Source: an uncultured Gammaproteobacteria bacterium (GTDB lineage Bacteria; Patescibacteriota; Microgenomatia; Levybacterales; GWA1-39-11). From it: a stretch of DNA of 64,000 nucleotides. Position 1 is the first letter of the stretch. Each line of letters opens with the position of its first letter. Below the pieces are notes generated by a model. It was not told where the DNA came from. It did not search any database and saw nothing but the letters and a program-made list of their open reading frames with translations. Both the position numbers and the translations under genes were made by a program. Shown here piece after piece: positions 17,812 to 28,034 of the stretch. The stretch is from contig CAYVKP010000001.1 in NCBI GenBank assembly GCA_964452165.1, positions 140,110 to 204,109 on the forward strand, given 5' to 3'.

Positions 17812-17877
17812 AACGCTTATAATTAATTTCAGCCTATCAAAAAGGCGTATGCGAGGAAGTATCTTCAATTGTAACAT

Positions 17878-18591
17878 ATGAAAAAAAAGTTTATTGTGGC
17901 CAACTGGAAAGCAAATAAGACAGAAGAAGAGGCGGTTGCTTGGATAGAAAGCTTCTATAATAGTGAGGACCAAATTGAAGACCGAGACAGCAAAGAAATT
18001 ATTATTTGTCCTCCCTTTTCCCTCCTTTTACAGCTTCGTAAATATATAGATGCCAACGGTTTGTCTCTAAGCCTGGGAACCCAAGATATCTCGAAGTTTG
18101 GGGCAGGTGCTTATACGGGAGAAATCCCAGCCGAGATAATAAAAAAAATCATTAGCCACTCAATAATAGGTCATTCCGAGAGAAGAAAATATTTTTCCGA
18201 AGAAAATCAAGATGTCTTGGCAAAAATTAAAATTCTTCTAGATAATGAAATTACACCAATTCTTTGTTTAAGTGATATGAATCAACTGGATTTTTATATA
18301 TCGCATGATAAAACGGTTGTTGATAGATCATCCGATATTATTTTTGTTTACGAGCCTCCAAGCGCAATAAGCGGTGGAGGATCATTTCATGCGGAGTCTC
18401 CGCAGTCCGTTGAAGAAAACGCTTCGGAAATAAGCAGAAAAATAGGAAAAAAAGTCACGACTCTGTATGGAGGAAGCGTCAATCCTGACAATGCTTCCAC
18501 TTTTTTTGAACTTGCGAACATAGACGGAGGGTTAATTGGTCAGGCGAGTCTTGATGCCTCATCTTTCCTCGAAATCATTAAAAAATGCTAA
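17878..18591 (+). CDS. tpiA: Triosephosphate isomerase
   Basis: ANWK, IGHSERR, YEP, LYGGSV, GLIGQASL. Confidence 0.96.
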   Translation: MKKKFIVANWKANKTEEEAVAWIESFYNSEDQIEDRDSKEIIICPPFSLLLQLRKYIDANGLSLSLGTQDISKFGAGAYTGEIPAEIIKKIISHSIIGHSERRKYFSEENQDVLAKIKILLDNEITPILCLSDMNQLDFYISHDKTVVDRSSDIIFVYEPPSAISGGGSFHAESPQSVEENASEISRKIGKKVTTLYGGSVNPDNASTFFELANIDGGLIGQASLDASSFLEIIKKC

Positions 18592-19685
18592 AAAAGAAGC
18601 GGTCAACCCTAACACTTGTTCTAGTAGTTCTAGTGGTTCTCGTGGCTTTTCTGATTTATAAGTTTGTTTTGCATAGACAGATAGATTTAAAACGGGAAAA
18701 AACCGGTGCTATAAATGTTTTGATGCTTGGTCGTGGAGGGGGTAGTCACGACGGGCCAAATCTTACCGACACAATAATCCTTGCAATGGTGAACCCTGAA
18801 AAAAATGAAGCAAGTCTTGTCACTATACCAAGGGATTTATGGGTGCCTGATATTAAGGGTAAAATAAATTTAGCATATGCAATTGGGCAAAAAGACAACA
18901 AGCAGGGAATCCTTTTAGCAAAAGCTGCGGTTGAGAAAGTGACAGGTCAGAACATTGATTATGTTGTCGTCATTGATTTCTCAGGATTTGTTAAAGTTGT
19001 AGATTACATAGGGGGAGTTGACGTTAATGTAGCGCGCACGCTTGATGATTACAACTATCCTATCGAAGGCAAAGAAACAGATACTTGTGGGCACCCAGAT
19101 CAAGAGATAAAAGACCTTACCGCTACAGCATCAGCCCTACCAGAGCAAGATTTATGGGCGTTTTTCTCATGTAGATACCAGCACGTCCACGTTGATGCTG
19201 GCATGCAGCACATGAACGGGCTGCAAGCCCTAACTTTTTCGCGTTCGCGTCACGGTGTTGGGGAAGAAGGGAGCGATTTCGCGAGATCCAGACGGCAAAG
19301 CGAGGTTATAAATGCCGTTAAGTCAAAAGTGCTGTCTCTTGGAATAATTCTCAATCCAATAAAAGTTATAGGCGTTTTGAATATCTTAAAAGACGATATA
19401 GACACAAATATAAAAGTAGAGGAGTATGATGATTTTGTAAACTTGGCCAGAAAAATGCAGACCTCAAAACTCAAAAGTTTTGTTATAGATTTTGGTAATG
19501 AAGAGCAAAACCGGCCCGGTCTACTCAAAGAGGCATTACCTTCAGCCGATAAGGGATTTCAATATAATCTTGTGCCCCGTATTGGCGATGGAAATTTTTC
19601 AGAACTCCACGATTACACTCAATGCATAGCTGAGGGTTTTACTTGCGCAGTTCAAGAAAAAGGAATAGCGAAGAAATTGGAATAG
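18585..19685 (+). CDS. LytR-CpsA-Psr (LCP) family phosphotransferase
   Basis: N-terminal TM, LTDTII, IPRDLWV, RSRH..SDFARSRRQ. Confidence 0.93.
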   Translation: MLKKKRSTLTLVLVVLVVLVAFLIYKFVLHRQIDLKREKTGAINVLMLGRGGGSHDGPNLTDTIILAMVNPEKNEASLVTIPRDLWVPDIKGKINLAYAIGQKDNKQGILLAKAAVEKVTGQNIDYVVVIDFSGFVKVVDYIGGVDVNVARTLDDYNYPIEGKETDTCGHPDQEIKDLTATASALPEQDLWAFFSCRYQHVHVDAGMQHMNGLQALTFSRSRHGVGEEGSDFARSRRQSEVINAVKSKVLSLGIILNPIKVIGVLNILKDDIDTNIKVEEYDDFVNLARKMQTSKLKSFVIDFGNEEQNRPGLLKEALPSADKGFQYNLVPRIGDGNFSELHDYTQCIAEGFTCAVQEKGIAKKLE

Positions 19686-21794
19686 TTAAATATTAGTTTT
19701 ATATATTCTTGTTCGGCCTTCTTGAAAAACCATTTTCCCAATATTTCTAAATTTTTCTTCAATAAGTTGAGGATATTTTTGAAATTCAAGCCCTCCCAGA
19801 TAGATGTATTTGACGTCATATTTTTTTAACAACTTTTTAGTCAAATTAACATCATCGCTTTCATATATCTTTTTTACATCATCAATTCTAGGAGAAGGAA
19901 TATTGTAACTTCCTCTCCACAACCATTCATGAACCGTCCAGCCAAGTATTGTAGGCAAACCGGTATTTGCAGAAATTCTCCCAAAATCGGTATATGAATC
20001 ACCTTGAGCTTCAACTATCACCGGCCTTCCTTGTACATTTTTGTTTAACCAAGTTATAGCATCATAGTCGCCAGGATAACGAGCTTTAAGATAGGCAGTT
20101 CCATCAAGACCTACGTATGTCTTGAGATCTCCATAATAAGATTTAATTGCAAAATATGGATATACAAAAATGGGTAATAACACAATTAAGCTAGCCAGAT
20201 AAAAAAATAGACTTTTTGTTTTGTTCATTATTCTAAAGATAATATAGGGACAGGCAAGCGAGAGCATGATGAAAGCTTGGTACACTAGCTTAAACATTGT
20301 ATTTGCTCTGTAGTGTGCCGGATATATATCTTTAAGATAAATAAATTCAGGTAAAATAATGAGAAAAGTAGATATTAGTATAAGCGCAAGAATGAAAAGA
20401 TCTTCACTAACGACTTTTGATTTTTTTTGCGTCAAGAGAAGAAAGCCTACGAAAGAAAAAACGAAAAAATAAAACCCTCCATATAATGTAAAAATTTGCC
20501 ACAACGGACTTCGTTGGCAATGACTTGCTTCAAAAAGAAATGGACCCAAATGTCCAATTTTAGTTAAAAAGCTGGGGGCACAAAGTATTCCAATTCCATG
20601 TGTCAGTCCTGAAGGATCAAAGCTTAGGTTAAACGGTAGCGAAAAGACAAAAAACAATATCAATATCATTACCGTAGGCTTTATCGTTTTGGTTAGGAAA
20701 GTTTTAATATTGCCTTTGGCTTTCTCAAGTGAGTACCAGTTTTTAATCAAGAGAATAAGCAAGATTGCGAGTAGATATATCCCCGCGTCCCAAGCGTTAG
20801 TCATATACATAATTGATATAAATAAAGCTATTAGCACGAGTATTGCTTTATTAACTTTCTCCTCAATAAAAATAACGTAGATTATTGCAATTGATGTCAT
20901 AACATACATCAGATCTAAAACATGTCCATGTAAATCCGATACTACAAAAGAGTAGATAGGGAATTCGTGGATTGTAAAGGGTATAAAGCGCGTTGCATTA
21001 GGGTACCAATAGCTGTTAGGTATTGATCCTAAGGAGAGTGGCAACTGCCAGAAGGGGACAGGATTATCTACGTTGTAAGGTTTAAAAAGTGCATAAACAG
21101 TATGTAGGTTACCGCCCAGGGTTAAGAGTAAGCCTGTTATTGCACCTGATATAAAACTTTTTTTAGTTAGCTTTTGTTTGGAGAATAGATTTGTACCGAT
21201 TGAAAAAGCCAGACTCAGGGTAAAAGAAAACAGCGTAGCAATCATTAGGTTGAAAGTAATATTTGTTGGTAACAGCGATATATTAGTCAAGACTGCCGTT
21301 GTAAAGTGACCGAAGTAGTAATAGTTAATGGAAAATGGCGGAAACCACATATCAACCGGAGGCATAAAACCACTTCTCATAATAGAGTTCAGAAAACCAA
21401 AATCCATAAATTTTTCAAGACCGTTGATACTAGGCTCATGTCCTCTGACGTATGACCAGACAATAATTCCGCCCAAAAACAAAAGTTCTTCAAAAATTAA
21501 AAGCTTAAAGTTAACTGATTTTTTTAAATTGATTTTGTTTTTTTTAAAGATTAGGAAGTTGATAACTGCAAAAATCCACAAAATTAAAATAGCGGATAAA
21601 AAATTAAGTGGTAATATCTTGAATACTCCTAAAACAAATAAAGAGTAACTGGTTAATGCAAATCCAATAACTTTTGCAAAAAGATAACCATGGTCAACAA
21701 ACTTTCTGAAGACAAGAGATGTTAAAGGGAAGAATATGATGCCAATTAGGAAAATCGGAATCCACCACTGGATAATGTAATGAAAATCCATCAT
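19686..21794 (-). CDS. DUF2298 / YYY-domain membrane protein (GT-C-like)
   Basis: EKFMDFGF, INYYYFGH, IHEFP..DLHGH, NTMFK, GWTVHEWLWRG. Confidence 0.88.
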   Translation of the reverse strand: MMDFHYIIQWWIPIFLIGIIFFPLTSLVFRKFVDHGYLFAKVIGFALTSYSLFVLGVFKILPLNFLSAILILWIFAVINFLIFKKNKINLKKSVNFKLLIFEELLFLGGIIVWSYVRGHEPSINGLEKFMDFGFLNSIMRSGFMPPVDMWFPPFSINYYYFGHFTTAVLTNISLLPTNITFNLMIATLFSFTLSLAFSIGTNLFSKQKLTKKSFISGAITGLLLTLGGNLHTVYALFKPYNVDNPVPFWQLPLSLGSIPNSYWYPNATRFIPFTIHEFPIYSFVVSDLHGHVLDLMYVMTSIAIIYVIFIEEKVNKAILVLIALFISIMYMTNAWDAGIYLLAILLILLIKNWYSLEKAKGNIKTFLTKTIKPTVMILILFFVFSLPFNLSFDPSGLTHGIGILCAPSFLTKIGHLGPFLFEASHCQRSPLWQIFTLYGGFYFFVFSFVGFLLLTQKKSKVVSEDLFILALILISTFLIILPEFIYLKDIYPAHYRANTMFKLVYQAFIMLSLACPYIIFRIMNKTKSLFFYLASLIVLLPIFVYPYFAIKSYYGDLKTYVGLDGTAYLKARYPGDYDAITWLNKNVQGRPVIVEAQGDSYTDFGRISANTGLPTILGWTVHEWLWRGSYNIPSPRIDDVKKIYESDDVNLTKKLLKKYDVKYIYLGGLEFQKYPQLIEEKFRNIGKMVFQEGRTRIYKTNI

Positions 21795-22348
21795 AAATAC
21801 TTTGTTCTAAATTCCTCCAGCGTGTTAATTAGATGAATATTGTCTGGTAGTTTTGCTTGTGAACTTCCATTATGAAGCCAATAAAAATTAACTTTTGAAT
21901 TGTGTTGTGCAAGATAGATCAATAGATCCAAGTCATCATCTATAAATTTTTCAATTTTTTCCTCTTTGATAATCCTATCTTTGAAAAAATGTGGCTGGTC
22001 ATCAGTGTAATTGAAGTACATCTTTTTGAAATATTTCGAAATGCCGTGTTTCTTATCCCAGTCCTGAGTTCTGTCTTTTAAAAAAGAAAAACGACTGGAT
22101 ACCAAAAAGATATTTGAGTTATCCTTGGCAATCTCCTGAAGCGCTCTTATATTATCTTTGATGGGAGGTCTCAGCATTAGTGAATGAGATAGATGTCTAA
22201 TTTTTTGCTCAATTTTATTGGGGACTCTGTAAGAGAGTTTATGGTTTTTTTTCTTGTATAAATACTCAATAAGAGAGCTTGGAATAAAGGGTGGATAGTT
22301 TACGAAAACCTTATCAAAGTCTATACCAATTATTGCCTTTTTTTTCAT
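21791..22348 (-). CDS. HAD-superfamily phosphatase-like protein
   Basis: IGIDFDKV motif I, LVSSR motif II, FIDDD motif IV. Confidence 0.75.
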   Translation of the reverse strand: MKKKAIIGIDFDKVFVNYPPFIPSSLIEYLYKKKNHKLSYRVPNKIEQKIRHLSHSLMLRPPIKDNIRALQEIAKDNSNIFLVSSRFSFLKDRTQDWDKKHGISKYFKKMYFNYTDDQPHFFKDRIIKEEKIEKFIDDDLDLLIYLAQHNSKVNFYWLHNGSSQAKLPDNIHLINTLEEFRTKYL

Positions 22349-23382
22349 ACGAGCTTTTCAAAGAGACTAATCAACTTGAAATTCCAAATAGTTCTGTGAG
22401 TCGTTCCGCGTCGCCCAACTATATTTTCTCGATTCTCTTTATACCAATCATAGCTTTCTTTTAAAATATCCTGATTGGATTTTGTAGGTTTGAAATTCAG
22501 ATATTTTTTTGCCCTTTCTATACTTACATAAGAATTTACTGGCAAAGTCTTATAGTGCCAGGCGACAATTGGTGACAGATTTGTTGCTTCAAGAGCGCCC
22601 AAGATAATCTGTGAAGGCAAAACCGGAAGACCGACAACCTTAGAAGAAGAGCGGGCATGTTTTATTAAACTGCCCAAATCTTGCCGCCATGTGCCAAATT
22701 TATCTGTTCCGACATTAAAAGTCTCTCCACTTTTTTTGCTAACCAATGCATTGTATATAGCGTCACACAGATCTTCCACCCCAAGAAGTTGATACAGGTT
22801 GTTGCCGTTACCTAGGATAAATACGGGCCGACTTTGATATATTGCCTCAAACCAAAGAGTAAATACGCCAAGTCTCTCCGGGCCCAAGAAAGTCTTTGGT
22901 CTTATGATGTTTACTGAAAGTCCCCTATTTGCAAATTTCTTGCATAATTTCTCCCCTTCCACTTTAGACTCCCCGTAATGGCCTATGGGATCTATATTGT
23001 CAGTTTCTGTCTCGGGTAGGTGCTTTGGCACACCATAAACGGCGGTACTTGAAATAAAAACAACTCTCTTTACCTTGTTGGCCAGTGCTGCTTCAAGAAC
23101 GTTGTTTGTGCCGTTAATATTTATATTAAATATAGTTTTTCGTTCATGAACTATTGGAAGCGCTGCTGCAGCGTGGACCACATAGTCAACGCCTTTAAAA
23201 GCTGACACAAGCTTTCTTTTATCCCTAATGTCTGCTTCTACAAATTGGACTTTTTTCTTAACATCATTTGCTGTTATGCTTTCAATATCAAGACATACCA
23301 CTTTAAGCCCTTTTTTTAGCATAAAGCGCGAGAGATAAATTCCAAGGAATCCTGCGCCCCCCGTTATAAGAATTGTTTTCAT
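22345..23382 (-). CDS. NAD-dependent epimerase/dehydratase (extended SDR)
   Basis: TGGAGFLG, ISSTAVYG, YGESK. Confidence 0.92.
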   Translation of the reverse strand: MKTILITGGAGFLGIYLSRFMLKKGLKVVCLDIESITANDVKKKVQFVEADIRDKRKLVSAFKGVDYVVHAAAALPIVHERKTIFNININGTNNVLEAALANKVKRVVFISSTAVYGVPKHLPETETDNIDPIGHYGESKVEGEKLCKKFANRGLSVNIIRPKTFLGPERLGVFTLWFEAIYQSRPVFILGNGNNLYQLLGVEDLCDAIYNALVSKKSGETFNVGTDKFGTWRQDLGSLIKHARSSSKVVGLPVLPSQIILGALEATNLSPIVAWHYKTLPVNSYVSIERAKKYLNFKPTKSNQDILKESYDWYKENRENIVGRRGTTHRTIWNFKLISLFEKLV

Positions 23383-23425
23383 AAAGATAGATTGTACATA
23401 AAGAGTTTTCCCACAACAAGTGCCA

Positions 23426-25129
23426 TCAATCTTTTTTAAATATCATTACCTTAGGGTGATCATATACGGTAAATGATTCATCGGCCTTTTGATCGTCAAT
23501 TTCCATAGGGGTAAAGGGTATATTTGGAAAATTTGTGAACTCTGCAATCTCTTTAAATCCGAGTTTTCCGCCGAATAGATCACTATAATATTTAGAAGCA
23601 ATTGGGTAGCAGGTTTTGTATTTTTGGCAATTATCCAGTCTTTGGATTGGAACATAAAGTCTATTGGAAGCAATGATAATATAGTCAGAGCTATTTATCT
23701 TTTGCCACATCAATCCCCACTTTGTTGAATCATCAGGCTGGTCATAGAGAGCAAGTTCGTTAACATTGTAGATCTGAGAGTTGTAAAGAGGAAGCCTGTC
23801 GTCCCAGTGTTCGACAGCAAGAGTTTTGCCGGCCGGTATATTTTTAATTATCCAGTTGCTCGCCGCAACTCGAGTATTCGCCTTGTTATAGATAGAAATA
23901 AATGATAAAGGCCAAATTATGATAAGGAGTGGAAGTATGGCCGATACCAAAAGTTGTAAAGTATTATTTCTGATTTTTTTAATTGGTTCAAATATTTTTG
24001 ATACTAAAAAATAAGCTCCAAATATTGCAAAAATTGGATAGATGGGTAGTAGATATCTCATCCACCCAACGGCGAATTTTGAGACAATAAATAAATAAAC
24101 AAAGAAAAACGCAAAAAGTATTAATCCTTCAGACTTTGCCTCTCTCGTTAATCTGCGAATATTGATTATAAAGTTAAAGAAACCCAAGAAACAGAGGAGT
24201 GCTGTAATTGGTCCAAGTCCCCACAGAAAAATATTTTTCAATTCGTATATGAAGGGTACCTTTCCGACGTATTGCAATGTATACGGGAAGGTATAAGCGC
24301 TTTTTGTCATTTGCGATTGCAATAGATTTTGGGATAAGAATTCGTGCCAATCTATTAAGGCATATGGTTGGGCAATCACAAACACAATTACTGTAAAAAT
24401 CCCTATAAGCGTGCCGTCTTTAAATAGTCTTTTGATAACAGGAGGCAAATGCGGGAGCCAATTTTTTGGTTTGTGTGGAGACTTTAGAAAAATTAAAATA
24501 AAATCCAAAATAATTGCTGTGCCAATGGCGGCAATCAAAGGAATAGCACTTATTTTTGTAGCAAGAGCTAGTCCAAAAGACACACCAACAAAACCAGCAT
24601 TCATAAAAGTAGGATTTTTATAAAACCTTACAAGTCTTAGAAGTGTTAGGGTTACAAATAGAGTAAGAATAATATCTACTGTGAAAAAATGCGAAGATTG
24701 AATCGCAAGTACAGAAGATGCATAGATGAACCCTGCAAAAATTCCCACCTTATCACCAAACAAAATTTTACCAAGACGCACTATCAAGAAAATTGTGACA
24801 AGGTCTGCAAAAGCAGATAAGAATCGGCCCACAAGTTCTATGCCGTCGTAAGTACCAAAACGCGGATTAAACAAACTCGCAACAGTGGAGGACGATTTTA
24901 AAATGTATAGCGGAAAATTACCATACGCAAAAAAACGAGGGTTTAGGCTGCTTTCAGGGTTTAAAAGCTGAGATATACTTCCAGGGAAGTTTAAAGGCAG
25001 AGCAAACATTATAATTGCCCGTTCGTCAGGGTGAAGATGATTTCCTTGATCCCAATCAATATTATGAAAACGCAACAGTGCCCCAAAAACAATTACTAGA
25101 AATACTAAAACAACAAAGCGTTTATTCAT
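23426..25129 (-). CDS. GT-C fold membrane glycosyltransferase (PMT/ArnT-like)
   Basis: HPDER first-loop motif, many TMs, LALATK, RYLLP, periplasmic C-domain. Confidence 0.88.
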   Translation of the reverse strand: MNKRFVVLVFLVIVFGALLRFHNIDWDQGNHLHPDERAIIMFALPLNFPGSISQLLNPESSLNPRFFAYGNFPLYILKSSSTVASLFNPRFGTYDGIELVGRFLSAFADLVTIFLIVRLGKILFGDKVGIFAGFIYASSVLAIQSSHFFTVDIILTLFVTLTLLRLVRFYKNPTFMNAGFVGVSFGLALATKISAIPLIAAIGTAIILDFILIFLKSPHKPKNWLPHLPPVIKRLFKDGTLIGIFTVIVFVIAQPYALIDWHEFLSQNLLQSQMTKSAYTFPYTLQYVGKVPFIYELKNIFLWGLGPITALLCFLGFFNFIINIRRLTREAKSEGLILFAFFFVYLFIVSKFAVGWMRYLLPIYPIFAIFGAYFLVSKIFEPIKKIRNNTLQLLVSAILPLLIIIWPLSFISIYNKANTRVAASNWIIKNIPAGKTLAVEHWDDRLPLYNSQIYNVNELALYDQPDDSTKWGLMWQKINSSDYIIIASNRLYVPIQRLDNCQKYKTCYPIASKYYSDLFGGKLGFKEIAEFTNFPNIPFTPMEIDDQKADESFTVYDHPKVMIFKKD

Positions 25130-26733
25130 TATTTTATTTTCTCAAATATGAATACTGTTGGTCTATCGAAAACGTTTGAGGTTTGTTCCACATTACTGAT
25201 GGGATTTCCTAAATAGGTTAGTTTACAAAATATGTCACATTCAGTTTGGTAAACTTTTTTAAAACCGAGTTTACCGGAGAATAGGTCTGAGTAAAAATTA
25301 TATCCCTCCGGAAAATAATTTTTATTGGACAATCTTGAGTCGACTATTCTTTGACTTGGCAAAATTATGTAATCGGATTTCTTGATAGATGATTTAAGCT
25401 CAAACTCTTTATTTGGATTATTATCTAAATCATAAAAATTAAATAGAGAAATCTGCGTGAAATTATTATTGAATGGAACAATTCCAAGATCATAAACTTC
25501 GCTAAGAATCTTAGAATCTCTCGGAATATTCCTTTTCGCAAATTGCAGAGCCCGGATTCTTGTATCTTGGGACAGTATTACAGTTTTTATAAACGAAAAC
25601 ATAAAAACAAAATTTACGATCAGCAAACCAGCCAGAAAGACACCAAAAATAGTTTTCGATAGATACCTTCTTATATCTGAGACGAAAACCGCTATTATAA
25701 TGTATAAAAATGGCAGAGACGGTACCATATACCTTGTCCATTTTGCGAAAAAAAATGACTGCGTGATAAAGAGACTTAGGAAAGCCAAAACGAGAAGACC
25801 ACTCTTGGTATTTTTAGTTTTTATTGCCAGGACCAAATAGTAGAAAATGGCCGGTATTGAAATGAGGGTCATAGCAGGATTTATAAGGAATGGAAAAATT
25901 TTTTGGTATTGATAGACCACAGGGATTGTATTGTAAAAAGCTCCAGTATAAAAAACCGGTAAAACTCCCGTTGCTACCTTACTTTCATAATCCATACTGT
26001 TGAGAAAAGATTTTGAATCTAAAAAATTGAATGGTGAAGAAAGAACATAAGAAATACCGGCCAAGAATATAAAAAGTAGAGCTAGCCTAAATATTTTTGC
26101 AAAAACCTTCTTTTCCTTTCTAAAAGAAGATAAAAAGATGGTGTAAACGGGAATAATAATTAAAATTATAGAAGATGCTTTAAGACTAACAAGTAAACCA
26201 AAAATTATTGACCCAAAAATAAAATACCGATTTCTCGAGTGATCCATGAAAGCCATAAACCCATAAACCATAAGAATGGAAAAGAATGAAAGCCAAACTT
26301 CAAATGTGCCGAAATGTGAAAATTGAAGGAAAGCAATACTGGTAGTAAAGAAAATAGTTGCCAAAATTGCTGATAATTTTCCTGCAATTTTTTGAGCCAG
26401 TTTATAGACAATGGGAACAGTCAAAAGAGTTAGAATCGCAGAGAAAGACCGTAGAAGAATTAGAGTGAAAGAAAAATCTGGTTGTTTCAAAATTGAATTT
26501 ATTATGACGCCCAAAAAATAAACCGAGTAAATAGGCAACGCGCCATATGCAAAAAAGTTGGGATTAAGATTGTTTGGAAAATGTAGCTGGACGATGCTTG
26601 TTGCGATATTCCTTTCGTCAGGGTGAAAGTAAAAAGGTGATCCCCAATCAAGTTTGAAAAAAACAAAAAAAGAAAAAAGGAGCAGCGTAAAAACAAAGAA
26701 AATGTTAACTAGCCTTTCGCTGGTTTTTTTCAT
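25129..26733 (-). CDS. GT-C fold membrane glycosyltransferase (tandem paralogue)
   Basis: HPDER, NPNFFAYG, RYMVP; similar to the downstream gene. Confidence 0.88.
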   Translation of the reverse strand: MKKTSERLVNIFFVFTLLLFSFFVFFKLDWGSPFYFHPDERNIATSIVQLHFPNNLNPNFFAYGALPIYSVYFLGVIINSILKQPDFSFTLILLRSFSAILTLLTVPIVYKLAQKIAGKLSAILATIFFTTSIAFLQFSHFGTFEVWLSFFSILMVYGFMAFMDHSRNRYFIFGSIIFGLLVSLKASSIILIIIPVYTIFLSSFRKEKKVFAKIFRLALLFIFLAGISYVLSSPFNFLDSKSFLNSMDYESKVATGVLPVFYTGAFYNTIPVVYQYQKIFPFLINPAMTLISIPAIFYYLVLAIKTKNTKSGLLVLAFLSLFITQSFFFAKWTRYMVPSLPFLYIIIAVFVSDIRRYLSKTIFGVFLAGLLIVNFVFMFSFIKTVILSQDTRIRALQFAKRNIPRDSKILSEVYDLGIVPFNNNFTQISLFNFYDLDNNPNKEFELKSSIKKSDYIILPSQRIVDSRLSNKNYFPEGYNFYSDLFSGKLGFKKVYQTECDIFCKLTYLGNPISNVEQTSNVFDRPTVFIFEKIK

Positions 26734-28013
26734 GGAGAGACGGCGCTCGCAATTTTTAGTCCCAACTCAACCGCATAATTTGTTCCGCGGTCCCACGGGT
26801 AAACTTGTTCTATATTTGCAAGGTATACGTTTTTGAGAGGGGTAGTATGAGGTGGAATATTTTTCGAATAGTTTACGGGAATTATAGGTTGGGCAAAAGG
26901 TGCTTTGAATAGTTCGTATCCTAAAAGATTTTTTTTGTAATCCGGGTTAATCTTTTTGAGAAAGGGATCAAAAAGATTAAGTTTTTCTTCTTTGTCCATA
27001 ATAAATTTTGGATCATCAGGCGGTAGATAATTCCCCAGATACAGGAGATGTTCATTATTGTAGTGACTTTTGTCCATGAAGTTGGTGTGTTCAACAATTG
27101 CCATGATGGGAGAAGTTGGATCACAAACACTAAGCCAGTATGTATTGTCTGAAAAAAACGGTTTATTTAAACGAAGAACAAGATTTGTTGCACCAAGACC
27201 CTTAAGTTTTACGAATTTATTTTTATAGTCGTCCGGTAGGTCCGGAGATATTTTAAGAAACTGGAACGATGGAAGGGTGACAATGACTTTATCATATTCT
27301 TCAAGTTCTGGTTTTGATTTGGCCAAGTTTTTAAATGTTATTTTTGGGTTAGTAGTGGATGATAGTTTGACTACTTCCGTATTGAAGTGAAATTTTCCTC
27401 CCTGTTTTTCTATAACTGCCTGAAGGTGCTGCGCGAAAGTTAGAAATCCTCCTTCAGGATAAGCCAAGGAGGAGGTTCTCTTCACTATTCTTGCCCAAAA
27501 CCACGCGAGAGAAATGTTGTTCGCGTAAGACCCAAACTTGCTTTTGAAAAGCGGTTCCCAAATCATTTCGTAAGATGCGTTTCCCATTGCCTTAGGTAAA
27601 ACCTCAGTTGCATTAAATTTCTCAAGTAGTTGCCAAAAAGGGTTGTATCGAAGCATTCCAAGACTTGCTGCCATACGAAAACGATCTAAGACCGATAGTT
27701 TTGAAAACGTTAATACATCACGGGGGGAATCGAACTGGTAAATCTCTCCATTAATGTAGTTTGATGTTTTGGGTCTTCGGATTAATACATTATGGTTAAT
27801 TTCTTTAGCTAAATTTAAAATAAATTTATCATTTGTAAACCAATGGTGGTAATGCTTTTCAAGACTCCATTCCCATTCTTTTTCTTGATATCCAATGGCA
27901 AGTCCACCGGGTTTATCATCCCGTTCAAAAAGATCAACTAGATGTCCCGCCCTGGACAGAGCGTATGCAGCAGACATACCGGCAAACCCGGCACCAATAA
28001 TTCCAATCTTCAT
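26730..28013 (-). CDS. FAD-dependent oxidoreductase (amine oxidase/HemY/Glf-like)
   Basis: IIGAGFAG..ERDDKPGGLA dinucleotide fold, YHHWF, YPWDRGTNYAV. Confidence 0.88.
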   Translation of the reverse strand: MKIGIIGAGFAGMSAAYALSRAGHLVDLFERDDKPGGLAIGYQEKEWEWSLEKHYHHWFTNDKFILNLAKEINHNVLIRRPKTSNYINGEIYQFDSPRDVLTFSKLSVLDRFRMAASLGMLRYNPFWQLLEKFNATEVLPKAMGNASYEMIWEPLFKSKFGSYANNISLAWFWARIVKRTSSLAYPEGGFLTFAQHLQAVIEKQGGKFHFNTEVVKLSSTTNPKITFKNLAKSKPELEEYDKVIVTLPSFQFLKISPDLPDDYKNKFVKLKGLGATNLVLRLNKPFFSDNTYWLSVCDPTSPIMAIVEHTNFMDKSHYNNEHLLYLGNYLPPDDPKFIMDKEEKLNLFDPFLKKINPDYKKNLLGYELFKAPFAQPIIPVNYSKNIPPHTTPLKNVYLANIEQVYPWDRGTNYAVELGLKIASAVSP

Positions 28014-28034
28014 GTTGGTTATTTTAAGACAGTT

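Noticed and set aside
17812-17973. 54-codon N-terminal extension of pcrA in the ORF track
   Set aside because: Overlaps the divergent tpiA; homology starts at MENILNKLN
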